From Octopus bimaculoides (Eukaryota), in assembly GCF_001194135.2 (NCBI RefSeq), contig NC_068983.1, forward strand, positions 130,681,254-130,745,253: a DNA stretch of 64,000 nucleotides. The letters are read 5' to 3'. Of this stretch, positions 50,092 through 62,547 are shown one piece after another. The notes under the pieces are model-generated. The model saw nothing but the letters and a program-made list of their open reading frames with translations, was not told the DNA's origin and did no database searches. Numbering within the stretch: the stretch's first letter is position 1; each line of letters begins with the position of its first letter. A program made the position numbers and the translations under genes.

Positions 50092-51739
50092 TGTATATAT
50101 GTATTCATGCATGCACAAACGTATGTATGTATGTATGTATGTATTTATGCATGCATGTATAGTAAGCGTGATTACATAATGGTCACATAGAAATGATTAT
50201 TCTGAATTTTCCGTTCGTCAAATTTTATAAGACAGTTAATATTCTCGTACCAGACAGCTGTCATGCTACGACAGAATTATAATATGCACAATCTTTAAGC
50301 AATCACATCTCAGGATTGTAGTTATATTTGACTACTTTTGTTCTATTTTGAAATAGTTTTCTTTAGCATATTTTCGTATATAAAAACTTCTATTCTTTTG
50401 AGGGAGTTACTTGAAGAGGGGAAATTTTGAATTAAGGAATGGTTATTGAAGAAATACATTTTTCTAATGTTTTTGTTATTCTGTCACAACATTCAACTGG
50501 ACAGCTGCTATTGCTGAGTAGGTAAGAAGTTAGTTACAGAAATATATGATTTCGAGTTCGATCCCAATAGTCAGTACCTGGAGTAAGAGTCTTCTATCAT
50601 ATACTGGAGTTGAGGAAATAATAATACTCCTGATGGTCATATATTAAACGCAAATTGGATGTAATCCAGCTTGGGGAAGGGTCTTTCTTCTTGAGGTGTA
50701 GATTTAATCCGAGACGGTGTATAACACAGTAACTTGGCCCGTAGATCATTTTACACAAGACCACGCGCTGCGAGCTTTTGGACCTGGACATCCATTATCT
50801 GAATAGATTCTTCCGTTTCTCCAAGAATTCTGGGAAGATCAAGTGAATTCGTATGGGATATCCATTCTTGATGACTAAATCATGAAAAAACTACTGAACA
50901 GTTTGGCGACACTTCTTCCCAATACTTATTTGTAAATGAATCATCGATATTCTGGGATTTTTACCAAAATGTGTTTAAGGTAAGCTAGATTGCTGTTTTA
51001 TTTATTAATGCAAGCCCAATTAACCATTTAAGTTACAATACAATTTCAACAATATAGCAATGTCTATTTCCATTGTACATTGGATTACATTGCCGAAAAT
51101 GCAGCCCACTTAACTCTGATTTTCTTTCAAAAGATATAAACTTAATGTACTTAGTTTTAAGCAGATAAAATTAGCACCACAATAACTATACTGAATTAAA
51201 CAAACGATCCATTATATTTCACTTTTAACAGCTTAGTTATATATTAAAAAGCCAAGAAATAAGATTCGCTAGAAATCTCCTGAAGGGTATTTCAGTTTGG
51301 AAGGAACAAATTTCGATCTCCTCTAAAATTTAATACATCTGCAGGCATATCTGGTAGATGTCTTTCACATTTACTGAGTGAGAAGCTCTGCATATAATTT
51401 CCAAGGTGTTATAAACTACAAGGACTTAAGATGGTAGGCTACTGTAATTACTCGTTCAAATAATATTTTCTGAATTTATATGCATAGGTGTATTGTGAAA
51501 ATAAAACACTATGTGTACTTCATAACATCCGTTTTAAAAGATTTCATGCATTTGAACACTGCCAAAAATATTAGATTTTTATTTATATGTAAATGTCGTT
51601 CAGTTCATGTTTGCCTTTCCACAGTTCAGGATAAATAAATAGACAGATTCTCTTATTTTTCTTCTTCTTCTTCCACTTCTGATTTTTGTTCTTATTCTTC
51701 TTCTTCAACCTCTCCTCTATCTGTTTCTTCTTTTTCTTT

Positions 51740-51745
51740 TCTCCA

Positions 51746-51811
<66 letters not shown>

Positions 51812-51880
51812 GTTCTCTCTTTCTCGCTATCTCTCTTTCTCTTTTTCTCTCTTTCTCTTTTTCTCTCTTTCTCCCTCTTT
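51740..51880 (+). repeat. (CT)n microsatellite
   Basis: Directly visible. Confidence 0.95.
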
Positions 51881-54539
51881 ATCGTCCATCACAGATAGGA
51901 TGTTGATTTGTCAAAAAAACAACAAAAAAATCTGAAATCAATTAACAGGAACCAAGTTCTGTATTCTCTCACGAAAGTTGCATCCCATTGTTTCGGAAGA
52001 AATTCACCAAAGAGTCATTGCTCAACTACTGGTTCACGGAAGAAATAATTGTGTGTCAGTCATGTATTTTCGAGCTTATCTCACAATAATTTGGCGAAAA
52101 TAAAAGACGAAAGCCCTCAAATCACTCCGTGCTTTTTATGATAAAAAATACTGCTGGTAATGGCCTTCATTTTAGTTGTGCTCGGTCAGCTAAACAACAA
52201 CAACTACAACAACAACAACAACTACTACTACTACTACTGCGAAGAGGATTTCTTACACAATCAGAAATTGTTTAGAATAGATAGTAATCGATGAAACTGA
52301 CCCTAGGAATTAACTTACATTTCTTTTTATTCACCCTAGAAAAGATGAAAAACAAAATAAATGTTCACCGAACATGAACGCATGAACTGGATATTTTGAA
52401 GACACAATTACGCTGCATAATTATCTTAATCGTCTAATTTTAAAGACGTAATTTACTGGATTTTGCTACTCAGAAATGCCATCCTAGTGAAAAACAAAAG
52501 TTATGCTAGTTTTCACAAATTTGATTCAGTGTCACCGTAAGCCTAGATAAAATATTTATGTGGTGGAGAATTATTAAACATTAACAATATTATGTAAATC
52601 CCGCCTATAAATACATGAGATAACCCTGGATATATCTCGGAGTCATTATACCTCTTCAGGGAAGTTAACAATGTCACTACTTTTATCACTATATAGTAAC
52701 GTTCTAATCATTATCCATGTAATAATTACAAAGACATTAGTAAGTGGTGAATTATTCTACAAGAGTAAATATGTTTTATCTAAATGAATATGTAAACAGT
52801 GATTTAAAAAAAACTACATTATTTTAGTGATCAAAATTCATTAAATAATTGTGGCATGTACGGGTAACAATTCTGCATATCAGGTTGGTGTTGTCTTCTT
52901 TTCTGCGTAATTATTTCTAATTAACGTCTTTATGGATACAATATTAAATACGTTAATTCAGCAGCTTGTTTTCAATAATGATGAGATGTTACCATAACAG
53001 ACGTCAGTATATTTTCATGCTTTCCTATACTTATTTGCTGAATAATTCTTTTATCCTTATTTCGGTAAGTTCGACTGAAGATCTTTTATGTTTGAATACG
53101 TCTCGTGTACATACTGCCACGATAAAAACTAATATTATTTATTAAGCAAAAGTTACCAGTGCAGCAACGTATATTTTTTTTTTTTAACGAGAATTCTTTT
53201 ATTTACTCGCAACATTAAATATTTTGACAAGAAGTTGAAAGCTTTTATTTTTTGTCTTTTGCTTGTTTCACTCATGGACTGCAGCCATTCTGAGGCAATG
53301 ATTGGAAGAACTTTAATTGGATGCATCAACCCCACTATCCAGAAGCATGTAGTTGCTTCCCAATCACATTTTTCCTATATTGTCGTCCTTCCTATATTGT
53401 TATTATGGAGCATAGGAAACAGTGTTTATTTTGTGGTATTCCTGTTTCAGTATGTTGACTGTTACATCTACACACAGATAATAACATGTATTTTCCCGCC
53501 ATCAAAATAAGAAGGTTTGCTTAAAACATCAAGATTTCCTTCCCTCCATGACTCACGATCCTATCAAGATCAATATACTTAGATTGTACTTTAGATTATT
53601 GACGGCTGTTATCTGCACTACACTATTGTATTAAAGACGGAAAATCAACTTCGAATAACCGGACAAATTGCTAGAACACGATTGATTTGCACCTCGATCA
53701 CTTTTTCAATATTTAATATACTGATTGTTAGTTACCGATTGCAAACTTTTGATGTTTTCAATTAAAGAACTTGTAACATATATTTACAAATCAGCGTTCT
53801 TCTGAAACTGCAATTTCTTTTGCAGTTCATTTGCATAATACAGATACTCATTTATTTTCTTTTATGTTATATTGATAATTTCATTGAATCGCAAATTCGC
53901 TTAAACAAATCATAGGTTGTGGTTTGTGAAGTTTCTCTGTTTTCAATTTTTATATTTGCCATGAAAGAAAACAAAATATATTCGTATTTTCTCATTACAG
54001 TTCAAAGTCAATTTTAATAATACAGTCGGATGTAATGATGTTTCGGAGTGTATTCATCTGTATTTATGACTTATGTTTCGGAGAGATCACAGTAACTTCA
54101 TATATGCTTAACTTATAACACAATAACGGGGAATATGCAAGTGTCGTATAGTCATTACCACTACCTAAATAAATTCATGATTTCTACCTGTTTAATATAT
54201 AATTACCAAGAATTTATTAGACATTGTTTCATAACCCCAATGATAACTCCTCGAATCTGAAACATTGACGATTCCTAGATTTATGAAATTCCTTTGTTTT
54301 TCACCGCTATGATATCAACGAAGCAAATATCTACTCCCCAATCTTGAAAAACTACTAATAATATTATAATTAGCTACACATCAAAGGAACATGGTTCGAG
54401 TGAGACTGACGTGCTAGTTTCAGTGATGAGCGTACAAAAATTTCAAGATGCATGAGGCCGAATCAAACTGTTTTAAATAATATTATATGGAATTCATATT
54501 AAAATACGCTGAGTGCCTCTTTTTTCCGTTCACTCGTAA

Positions 54540-54567
54540 GTAGATAGATAGCTAGATAGATAGATAA

Positions 54568-54622
<55 letters not shown>

Positions 54623-54665
54623 GAAAGATAGATAGATAGATAGGTAGATAGATAGATAGATAGAT
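54540..54665 (+). repeat. (GATA)n microsatellite
   Basis: Directly visible. Confidence 0.95.
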
Positions 54666-55346
54666 ACACATAACATACATACCTAATTCTACTGTCATGT
54701 TGATTTATATCATGCAAATACTAAATTAACTAATTTATTTCAGTTTATAACTTTATATCTTGGTTTTGGTTTTAACTAGAGTCAGTCAGCTTTCAACTCT
54801 ACTCATTCCCTGTTATCAAACAGGTAAGTACAATAATATACATATTTCACTTGTCCACATAAACTGACATTGCTTCTTGTCAAATAGTGGCAAGCACGAA
54901 CATGATCTCTTTTCGTTTCCACTAAGTATCACCTTAAGCATGTGATTTTGCTGACTCAGAATTTGTGAAGAACATCGATAAAACTATACATTTTTTGTAT
55001 TAATAAACTTAACGAGTTTCCCAGATTTAAATTAAAACTTAGCACTTGGATATCTTTAGATGCATTAATTCATTTACAATTTTTTAAAAAATATATGGAT
55101 AAAAGCAACGTCCTAGGACAGCACCTCCACACTCCAACAATTTTCAGAAAGTAAGGGTAATAAAGAGGCCCCTCAGGATTTGTGCCAAATCTTTAAAAAA
55201 AGACTCATTGTATTTTATAATATTTAACATCATCTTATAAAGGATCCAATAAAGGATCCAAATGATTACATCAAGAATTCTGTTACGATCATATTTGGAA
55301 ATAATAATTTATTAGAGTATTAATTTTCAATATTAACTCTCTCTAA

Positions 55347-55562
55347 AGCAGCGAGCTGGCAGTATCGTTAGCATGTCGGGTGAAATGCTTAGTGGTATTT
55401 ATTCTGCCGCTATGTTCTGAGTTCAAATTCCGACGAGGTCGACTTTGACTTTCACTCTTTCGGGGTCGATAAATTAAGTTCCAGTTGTGTACTGGGGTCA
55501 ATCTAATCGACTGGCCCCTTCCCCAAAACGTTCGGGCATTGTGTCAAGAGTAGAAAAGATCA
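55347..55562 (+). mobile_element. OR-like SINE, near full length
   Basis: GCGAGCTGGCAG head, GAGTTCAAATTCCGACGAGGTCGAC and tail GGGCATTGTGTCAAGAGTAGAAAAG. Confidence 0.85.
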
Positions 55563-55974
55563 TTTAACAACAGCAGCATTTTTATTTCGCTTTCAATTCT
55601 CAGCACACTGAATTTCACTTCCTTGGTTAATTCTGAAAGAGCAATGAGAAACCTATCATCAAAAGTCTCGTAAGAGCGCTTTCTTTGATATTTAACACCC
55701 AAGTTCCAGTCTCAGGATCCGAGCTGTCCCCAGTAATTCTTGTTATTGTTGTTGTTGTTGTTCTTCTTCTTCTTCTTCTTCTTCTTCTTCTTCTTCTTCT
55801 TCTTGTGGCAGCAGCAGCAGTAGTGTGGTGGTGGTGGTGGTGGCAGTGGTAGTAGTAGTTGTTGTTGTTGCTGCTGCTGCTGTTAAAGGCAGCGGGCTGG
55901 CAGAATCACAAGGACCCTAGACGAAATGCTTAGCGGTATTTTCCCCGCCACTACGTTCTAAGTTCAAATTCCAT

Positions 55975-56885
55975 TATTCCTTGTATTCTTTTAATATTTT
56001 CCCTCTCAGTTTTCCTTCCATTACCCTCTCGTCTTGCAGTAGCCCTAGGTATTTCTGTCGCTCATTAATCTATAGCTATTTAATAATATTATCTTGTAGT
56101 AATTTTATCCTATCAGAGTTTATCTTTCGGTGTTTCTTCATAATTAGCACTGCGCACTATGTACACAAATCTGACATTCAATTATATTGCTGAATAATCC
56201 TTTTGTTTCGATCAGAGAATTCAAGTCTTTCTGTTTTTTGTATATAGGTTGAGGTTATCTATACACAGTAGGCGATTTTATTTCGCTATGGTTTTACCTA
56301 GCTCATAGGCAGGCTTGGAAATTTACAGTATACTTACCAGAGGGATTAATGCAATGACGAGGATTAGCAGAAAGAGAAACAGATTGTCGTCTTGGAAAAT
56401 ATCACTGCCTATTTTCACGATTCTAGGTGATTCTCAGCTCCCGCGCTCTCTTTGCTTTTTTCCAAAAGGCTGGGAGCGTCCGCAGGCACTCCATGAGACA
56501 TTTGTATTCAACACTCACGTAAGCCGTTCTGTAATTTATCCAGCCATCAGTTAATTTCTTCTTTCTTACTCGTACCTTCTTTTATATCCAACTGTTTATG
56601 TACGGTTGATCAGTAATTCCCTTTGATTACTTTTGCATCCTTCTTGCTCCTCTGGCAATATATTTCCTTTTTCTAGAAAATTATATATTTCATGTGTATG
56701 AGGCCAGTTAGCAATGGATTTTTGAGGTCTGCTAATACTATTACAGTTAGCAATAAACGTATTACATGTTTACCTTTACCAGAGTAACGGTAAACATGTA
56801 TTAGGCCTATAATGGCTGGTTTACTTCCTTCTCTTTGCTCTTCTGTATCAGCTATCTCATTCATCACTCTTAATCACTATTCATA
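55975..56885 (-). mobile_element. R4/Dong RT relic
   Basis: EIYNFLEKGNILPEEQEGCK, INYRTAY, DIFQDDNL and KYLGLLQDE across frameshifts. Confidence 0.7.
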
Positions 56886-56914
56886 TTGTAATTGTTGTTA
56901 TTATTATTGTAGGT

Positions 56915-57290
56915 ATTGAAAGATGGGTGACTGTCGGAAGAATGGCCAGTATAAACGGACCAATTCTGAGAATACACCTGTAGAAAAAAAAGGTAATGTA
57001 AAAGGAGAAAGGGCTCTATACCCCTTTCTTATTTTTTCTGACCAGGCTCCCGTGGTTTTATGGGTTTTTCCACGTGTAACTTTTCCTTTTTCGAAGCGCC
57101 CCCCCCTTTGGGAGTTCTACTTATTTATTTATCTATTTATTTATCTATTTATTTATAATATATTTCTCCGTTTTCTTCCTCTGTTTAGACGAACTTTCCT
57201 ACCTTTTCGGACAAAACCTTTTGTAACCTTCGTCCTGTCTTTGTCCTTATATGTTTTAATTGATATTAGCCCTTGTGGCCAATAAAACGA
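56915..57290 (+). mobile_element. Tx1/L1-like LINE 3' end
   Basis: RWVTVGRMASINGPILRIHL* followed by a pyrimidine-rich 3' UTR ending TAGCCCTTGTGGCCAATAAAACGAA and then (TTA)n. Clade assignment is from recall. Confidence 0.45.
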
Positions 57291-57294
57291 ATTA

Positions 57295-57381
<87 letters not shown>

Positions 57382-57394
57382 GTCATCATCATTA

Positions 57395-58335
57395 TTTTCG
57401 TCTTATTCCTTCTTGAATCTATATGGGTAGTGGGTTATTATATGTAACCTTAGGTATCCACAAGTTTTTAGTAGTCTTTAAAGTGCTTAGAACCCTCCTG
57501 ATAATCATTGCTGTTTCTTAGAAACAAATTTTCTGTCGGATCTCTACAGGGTATTATATTCTAATCTCTTTCACTCGTCTGTCTATATCTTTGCTTACTG
57601 TTCCTAACGCACCAAGTATTTTAGGCACGACCTTTACAGTTTTTATCCTCCAAATTCTTTCAAATATTTTAACGGATTGTATTTTTATCATCTTTTACTT
57701 TTTGGCTGGGGGCTCGCCCTCTTTCTTTACAATCCTGGAATCAAACAGGCATGATGGATCGATTACTATGCAACTTTGCTTTTCCTAATCTATTAATAAT
57801 TATTGCTATGCCCGGTCTGCTATTTTCTAACGTTTTGTCCGTATGAATAGGTAAGTCCCACAGAATCTTACATTTCTCTCACTCCAGTACTCTTTCGACT
57901 CGTTGTTTGTACCATGTGATTCTAGCTTCAAATCCCCATTTCTGATAAAGTTACCAACTTGGTTGTGCCTCCATTTTTTATATTCTTGCGGTGCTAACTT
58001 GGGGTATTCTGTCACAACCTGTGCCACTGTCTCGTTCTAAATTCCGCAAGTTCTACATTTTTCTGACACATTCTCTCCATATATAGTTTTTATCTAGTTG
58101 CTTGTGTTTATCGCTTGATCTTGAGCTATTAAAATTAGGTTCTCTGTTTTTTGAGTTTTTAAGTTCTTTTGATTGCTGTATTTTTAATGAAGCCCAGTAT
58201 TTTACAGTTCATACATCCTCAGAGGCTTTCCAATGTTGGCCGTGTAGGGCTTCACGTCAATTTGAATTTCATGTTTGCCCTTTTCACGTATTACGCGCTT
58301 GATCACTTGTTTTTATTCCCTGCGTTAAGTAGTTT
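57395..58335 (-). mobile_element. R4/Dong C-terminal part and 3' UTR
   Basis: TENLILIAQDQAINT, KCRTCGI.NETVAQVVTEYPKLAPQEYKKWRHNQV and KILWDLPIHTDK. The 3' end abuts (ATC)/(ATT)n. Confidence 0.8.
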
Positions 58336-59194
58336 ATTATTATTGTTGTTGTTGTTGTTAATGTAGTGAGCTGTTAGAATCGTTATCGCTTCGGGCATAT
58401 CTTCCAATTCTTGAAATATTGAGTAGTTATGGCGCCGAAGTCAGTTGTACATTCATTCTTTCAGTTTTGAGAAAATAAATACACGTTGAGCAGTGAGGTC
58501 GATACTGTTAGACTACCCACGCCCCTAAAAATTACTAGCATTATGCCAAAAACTATGAATTTATTTTGTTCATATGATTATACTATATTACGTATTACCA
58601 CTAATGTCAACGACGCTGGTTTCATTCTCGATTGAAATTATTTCACATCATTTACGCCAGAAATCGCTCCGCAAAAATAAATGAATAAATATATAAATAA
58701 ATAAAACAAATAAAACAAAAGATGATAAAATATAACTAGCTTTGTTATATTATCTTGTAAAATTATAAATTATATGGTAACAAGTCAATAAACAATGACA
58801 ACATATTTATATTTATTGGTTTAACTGCAAGTATTACTGAAAGTAATAATTACCAGCATAGTTTAGTATTTGGATTTTATATTTGCTTCACATAACAAAA
58901 ATACAATAAATTATACAAATTTTTATATTCAGATTTAAAGAACATCTTTCAACATTTTCTTTCTCTAGTCTATGCCTTGCGTTATTTATTAAATCTCGTT
59001 GCAATTGGCAATATAGACTAACAGTCACGTTCTGAAGTTGGTGTAACGGATTGTTCCACGCCCTAAAATTTCTAGCATTTTGCCTATTTAAGAAACCGTT
59101 GTTAGTATTTGTATTATTATTGCTATAATACTCAAAGCATTGGGCTGGCAGGCTCCTTAGCACGCAATCTTTACATTCTGAGTTCAAATCCACG

Positions 59195-60680
59195 CTGAGA
59201 ATGACTTGAAAAATTCTTCTCTTGATGTTAACTTTCCCTAAGATTGTGTCACCTGAGTAGAGATCTACTTTCCATTTCTTCTTGCTAAATCTAATTAATT
59301 CTGCTATGCTTCGTGCAAGATCGAATATACTCAAACATCCACTTATCCATGAGTGTGGGATCATGCCATATGCTTTCTTATAATCTATCTATGCTTTTGT
59401 TAGATTTTCTTTTTCGATTTTACTTCATTTAAAACTTCTTTGTCTATGTACAATGGATCATGCTTTCCTTCAGCCTTCTTCCTGCGACCTTTCTCATCTT
59501 CTGACAGTAAATTCTGATTGTCAATGTGCTCGTAAATGCTCTCTGAAAGCATCTCTGTAAACAGCTTCCACACGATTAGTAAGCAAATTTATAATTGCTC
59601 GCTGTATTACCCTTGCTTTTGTCTTTCATAAGGAGTATTCTTCTCCCTCGGAGTCATCCAATCTGGTATTTCATCTCAATTAAGGCAATCCTGAAGTTGT
59701 TCCCTGAGCCTCCCATGGAGACTAAATTTCTTTAAACTGTGCCCTTGAAATAAATCTGGCATTTTTCCTAACACTTTACTCATTAATGCATTACTTAGTC
59801 TTAGATCTGGTTGCTTCTCACTCACTTCTACTCTAACTTTCTTTAACCTTACTGCATCTCCATTATTATTGATTGACTTATCCCAAATTTTACTCTCAAA
59901 ATGTGTAGTTTCTTCTGCGTTCAGTTTCTCACCTTCAGTACTTTCTTCTCAACAATTCATTTTTATTTTAAAATCTCCTCTGCTCTGTCTCAAATATTCA
60001 ATTCTGTTGATACTGATCCATTCTTTCCTTATATCTGGAAAGCTTACTTGCTACTGCTATGATAAACTGCTTCAACTCTTCTATGCCTGTCTCAAATCAT
60101 TTCTCTTTGACTAAGGGAAGATTTACATTTTGTGTTTCCTAATTTATTTAGTTTCCAGGCGTCTATTCTACTGAGATCTTGTCTTAAAAATCTTCATTTT
60201 ATTTTGTAGTCTCATTTTCCACATTTGCTCTTTTCTCATCTTTCTTTGTGTAATATCTAATCTTTTGGTAAATACTACCTCTCCTACATAAACCAGTAAG
60301 TTAGTGTCACCTATATTCTTAGTATCTATCCTCCTGATAACAGAATCTGCTTTCTTAATCATATACAGCAGCTTACTTCTGTTGGTACATTTTAATGCTG
60401 GCAATCTTTTTCTTACTTCTTTACTCATTACTTCCTGCAACTCATCTAAAATCTTCTGATCTTCTTCACTTAAATCACTTAAATCGCTGGTGCCACTTGA
60501 AGCTTCCCTATTGGCAGTGCTATTATTATTTTTACCTTAAGTTCCTTTTTTGGTTTGGATTGTATCAACTGTCTTTCCTACTGTCTGGTCTTGTTATGTT
60601 TTTGGAGCAGTGTTGCATAGTAGTGTGCATAAATCATAAACTAACTGTTTCATTATATCTATGGTTATCTGGACATCATT
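59195..60680 (-). mobile_element. R4/Dong N-terminal half to RT domain 4
   Basis: IDYKKAYGMIPHSWISGCL...KKWKVDLYSGDTILGKVNIKRRIFQ, closely similar to 35940-36165. The 5' end lies at (TAA)n. Confidence 0.8.
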
Positions 60681-60689
60681 TTATTATTA

Positions 60690-60778
<89 letters not shown>

Positions 60779-61289
60779 NNNNNNNNNNNNNNNNNNNNNN
60801 NNNNNNNNNNNNNNNNNNNNNNNNNNNNNNNNNNNNNNNNNNNNNNNNNNNNNNNNNNNNNNNNNNNNNNNNNNNNNNNNNNNNNNNNNNNNNNNNNNNN
60901 NNNNNNNNNNNNNNNNNNNNNNNNNNNNNNNNNNNNNNNNNNNNNNNNNNNNNNNNNNNNNNNNNNNNNNNNNNNNNNNNNNNNNNNNNNNNNNNNNNNN
61001 NNNNNNNNNNNNNNNNNNNNNNNNNNNNNNNNNNNNNNNNNNNNNNNNNNNNNNNNNNNNNNNNNNNNNNNNNNNNNNNNNNNNNNNNNNNNNNNNNNNN
61101 NNNNNNNNNNNNNNNNNNNNNNNNNNNNNNNNNNNNNNNNNNNNNNNNNNNNNNNNNNNNNNNNNNNNNNNNNNNNNNNNNNNNNNNNNNNNNNNNNNNN
61201 NNNNNNNNNNNNNNNNNNNNNNNNNNNNNNNNNNNNNNNNNNNNNNNNNNNNNNGTGGTGGTGGTGGTTGTGTGGTGGTGGTGGTAGTG

Positions 61290-61845
61290 ATGGTATTCCT
61301 TCTTAACACTGTGTAGGTATAAATGCACCAGAGTCTGTAGTCATCTGTCAAGTCACAAGGACGTGACGGATAAAACTTTCCTTAAGATGTGCGCTGTGCC
61401 CAATAAGGCTGCTGTTTTGCAAGACATCAATCTTGCATAGGATTTCCAATTGCCTTAAGAAGTCATGAAGTTTCAATGGGATTGAGCCCAACTCTCCGAT
61501 CACCACTGGTATCACTTTTGCATTACCCTCTCGCATTCATACAGTCTTGCTATTCCCACTTTCAATTGGGAGTACTTGTTGATAATTGTCAACCTCTTTA
61601 CTCACAACATTCATGTCATTTGTTATGGCTACATCAATGATCTCACAGTATTTCTCTCTCTTACTCAAAATGACAATATCCGGCCGACGGTGACCGATTA
61701 GACAATCCGTCAGAAAATCATAGTCCCAGAGTATCGTTACTTTTCCATCCTCCTGCATAACTTTACTTGGTACATGCTCATACCGGTTCTCTGTTACTTC
61801 ATATTGGTATTTACGGCATAAGAGCCAACGAAGATACACACACAT
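61290..61845 (-). mobile_element. R4/Dong RLE domain and 3' UTR
   Basis: KVTILWDYDFLTDCLIGHRRPDIVILSKREKYCEIIDVAI (PD..D RLE motif) and AKVIPVVIGELGSIP. Confidence 0.85.
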
Positions 61846-61858
61846 TCTTCTTCTTCTT

Positions 61859-61889
<31 letters not shown>

Positions 61890-62275
61890 TCATTATTATT
61901 NNNNNNNNNNNNNNNNNNNNNNNNNNNNNNNNNNNNNNNNNNNNNNNNNNNNNNNNNNNNNNNNNNNNNNNNNNNNNNNNNNNNNNNNNNNNNNNNNNNN
62001 NNNNNNNNNNNNNNNNNNNNNNNNNNNNNNNNNNNNNNNNNNNNNNNNNNNNNNNNNNNNNNNNNNNNNNNNNNNNNNNNNNNNNNNNNNNNNNNNNNNN
62101 NNNNNNNNNNNNNNNNNNNNNNNNNNNNNNNNNNNNNNNNNNNNNNNNNNNNNNNNNNNNNNNNNNNNNNNNNNNNNNNNNNNNNNNNNNNNNNNNNNNN
62201 NNNNNNNNNNNNNNNNNNNNNNNNNNNNNNNNNNNNNNNNNNNNNNNNNNNNNNNNNNNNNNNNNNNNNNNNNNT

Positions 62276-62376
62276 ATGTATTTGTCTGAATATGTTTTTA
62301 TTATACCTAAGGCACCTACTATGATAGGAATTGTTTCTGTTTTTAGATTCCACATTCGAGTTATCTCTATTTCCAG

Positions 62377-62378
<2 letters not shown>
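62276..62378 (-). mobile_element. Short R4/Dong C-terminal fragment
   Basis: LEIEITRMWNLKTETIPIIVGALGII. Confidence 0.65.

Positions 62379-62547
<169 letters not shown>

Noticed and set aside
3451-62355. Long ORFs of 130-330 aa in the track, such as 3451-4305, 28677-29582, 36755-37750 and 60395-61306
   Set aside because: They run through N gaps (X residues) and are artefacts.
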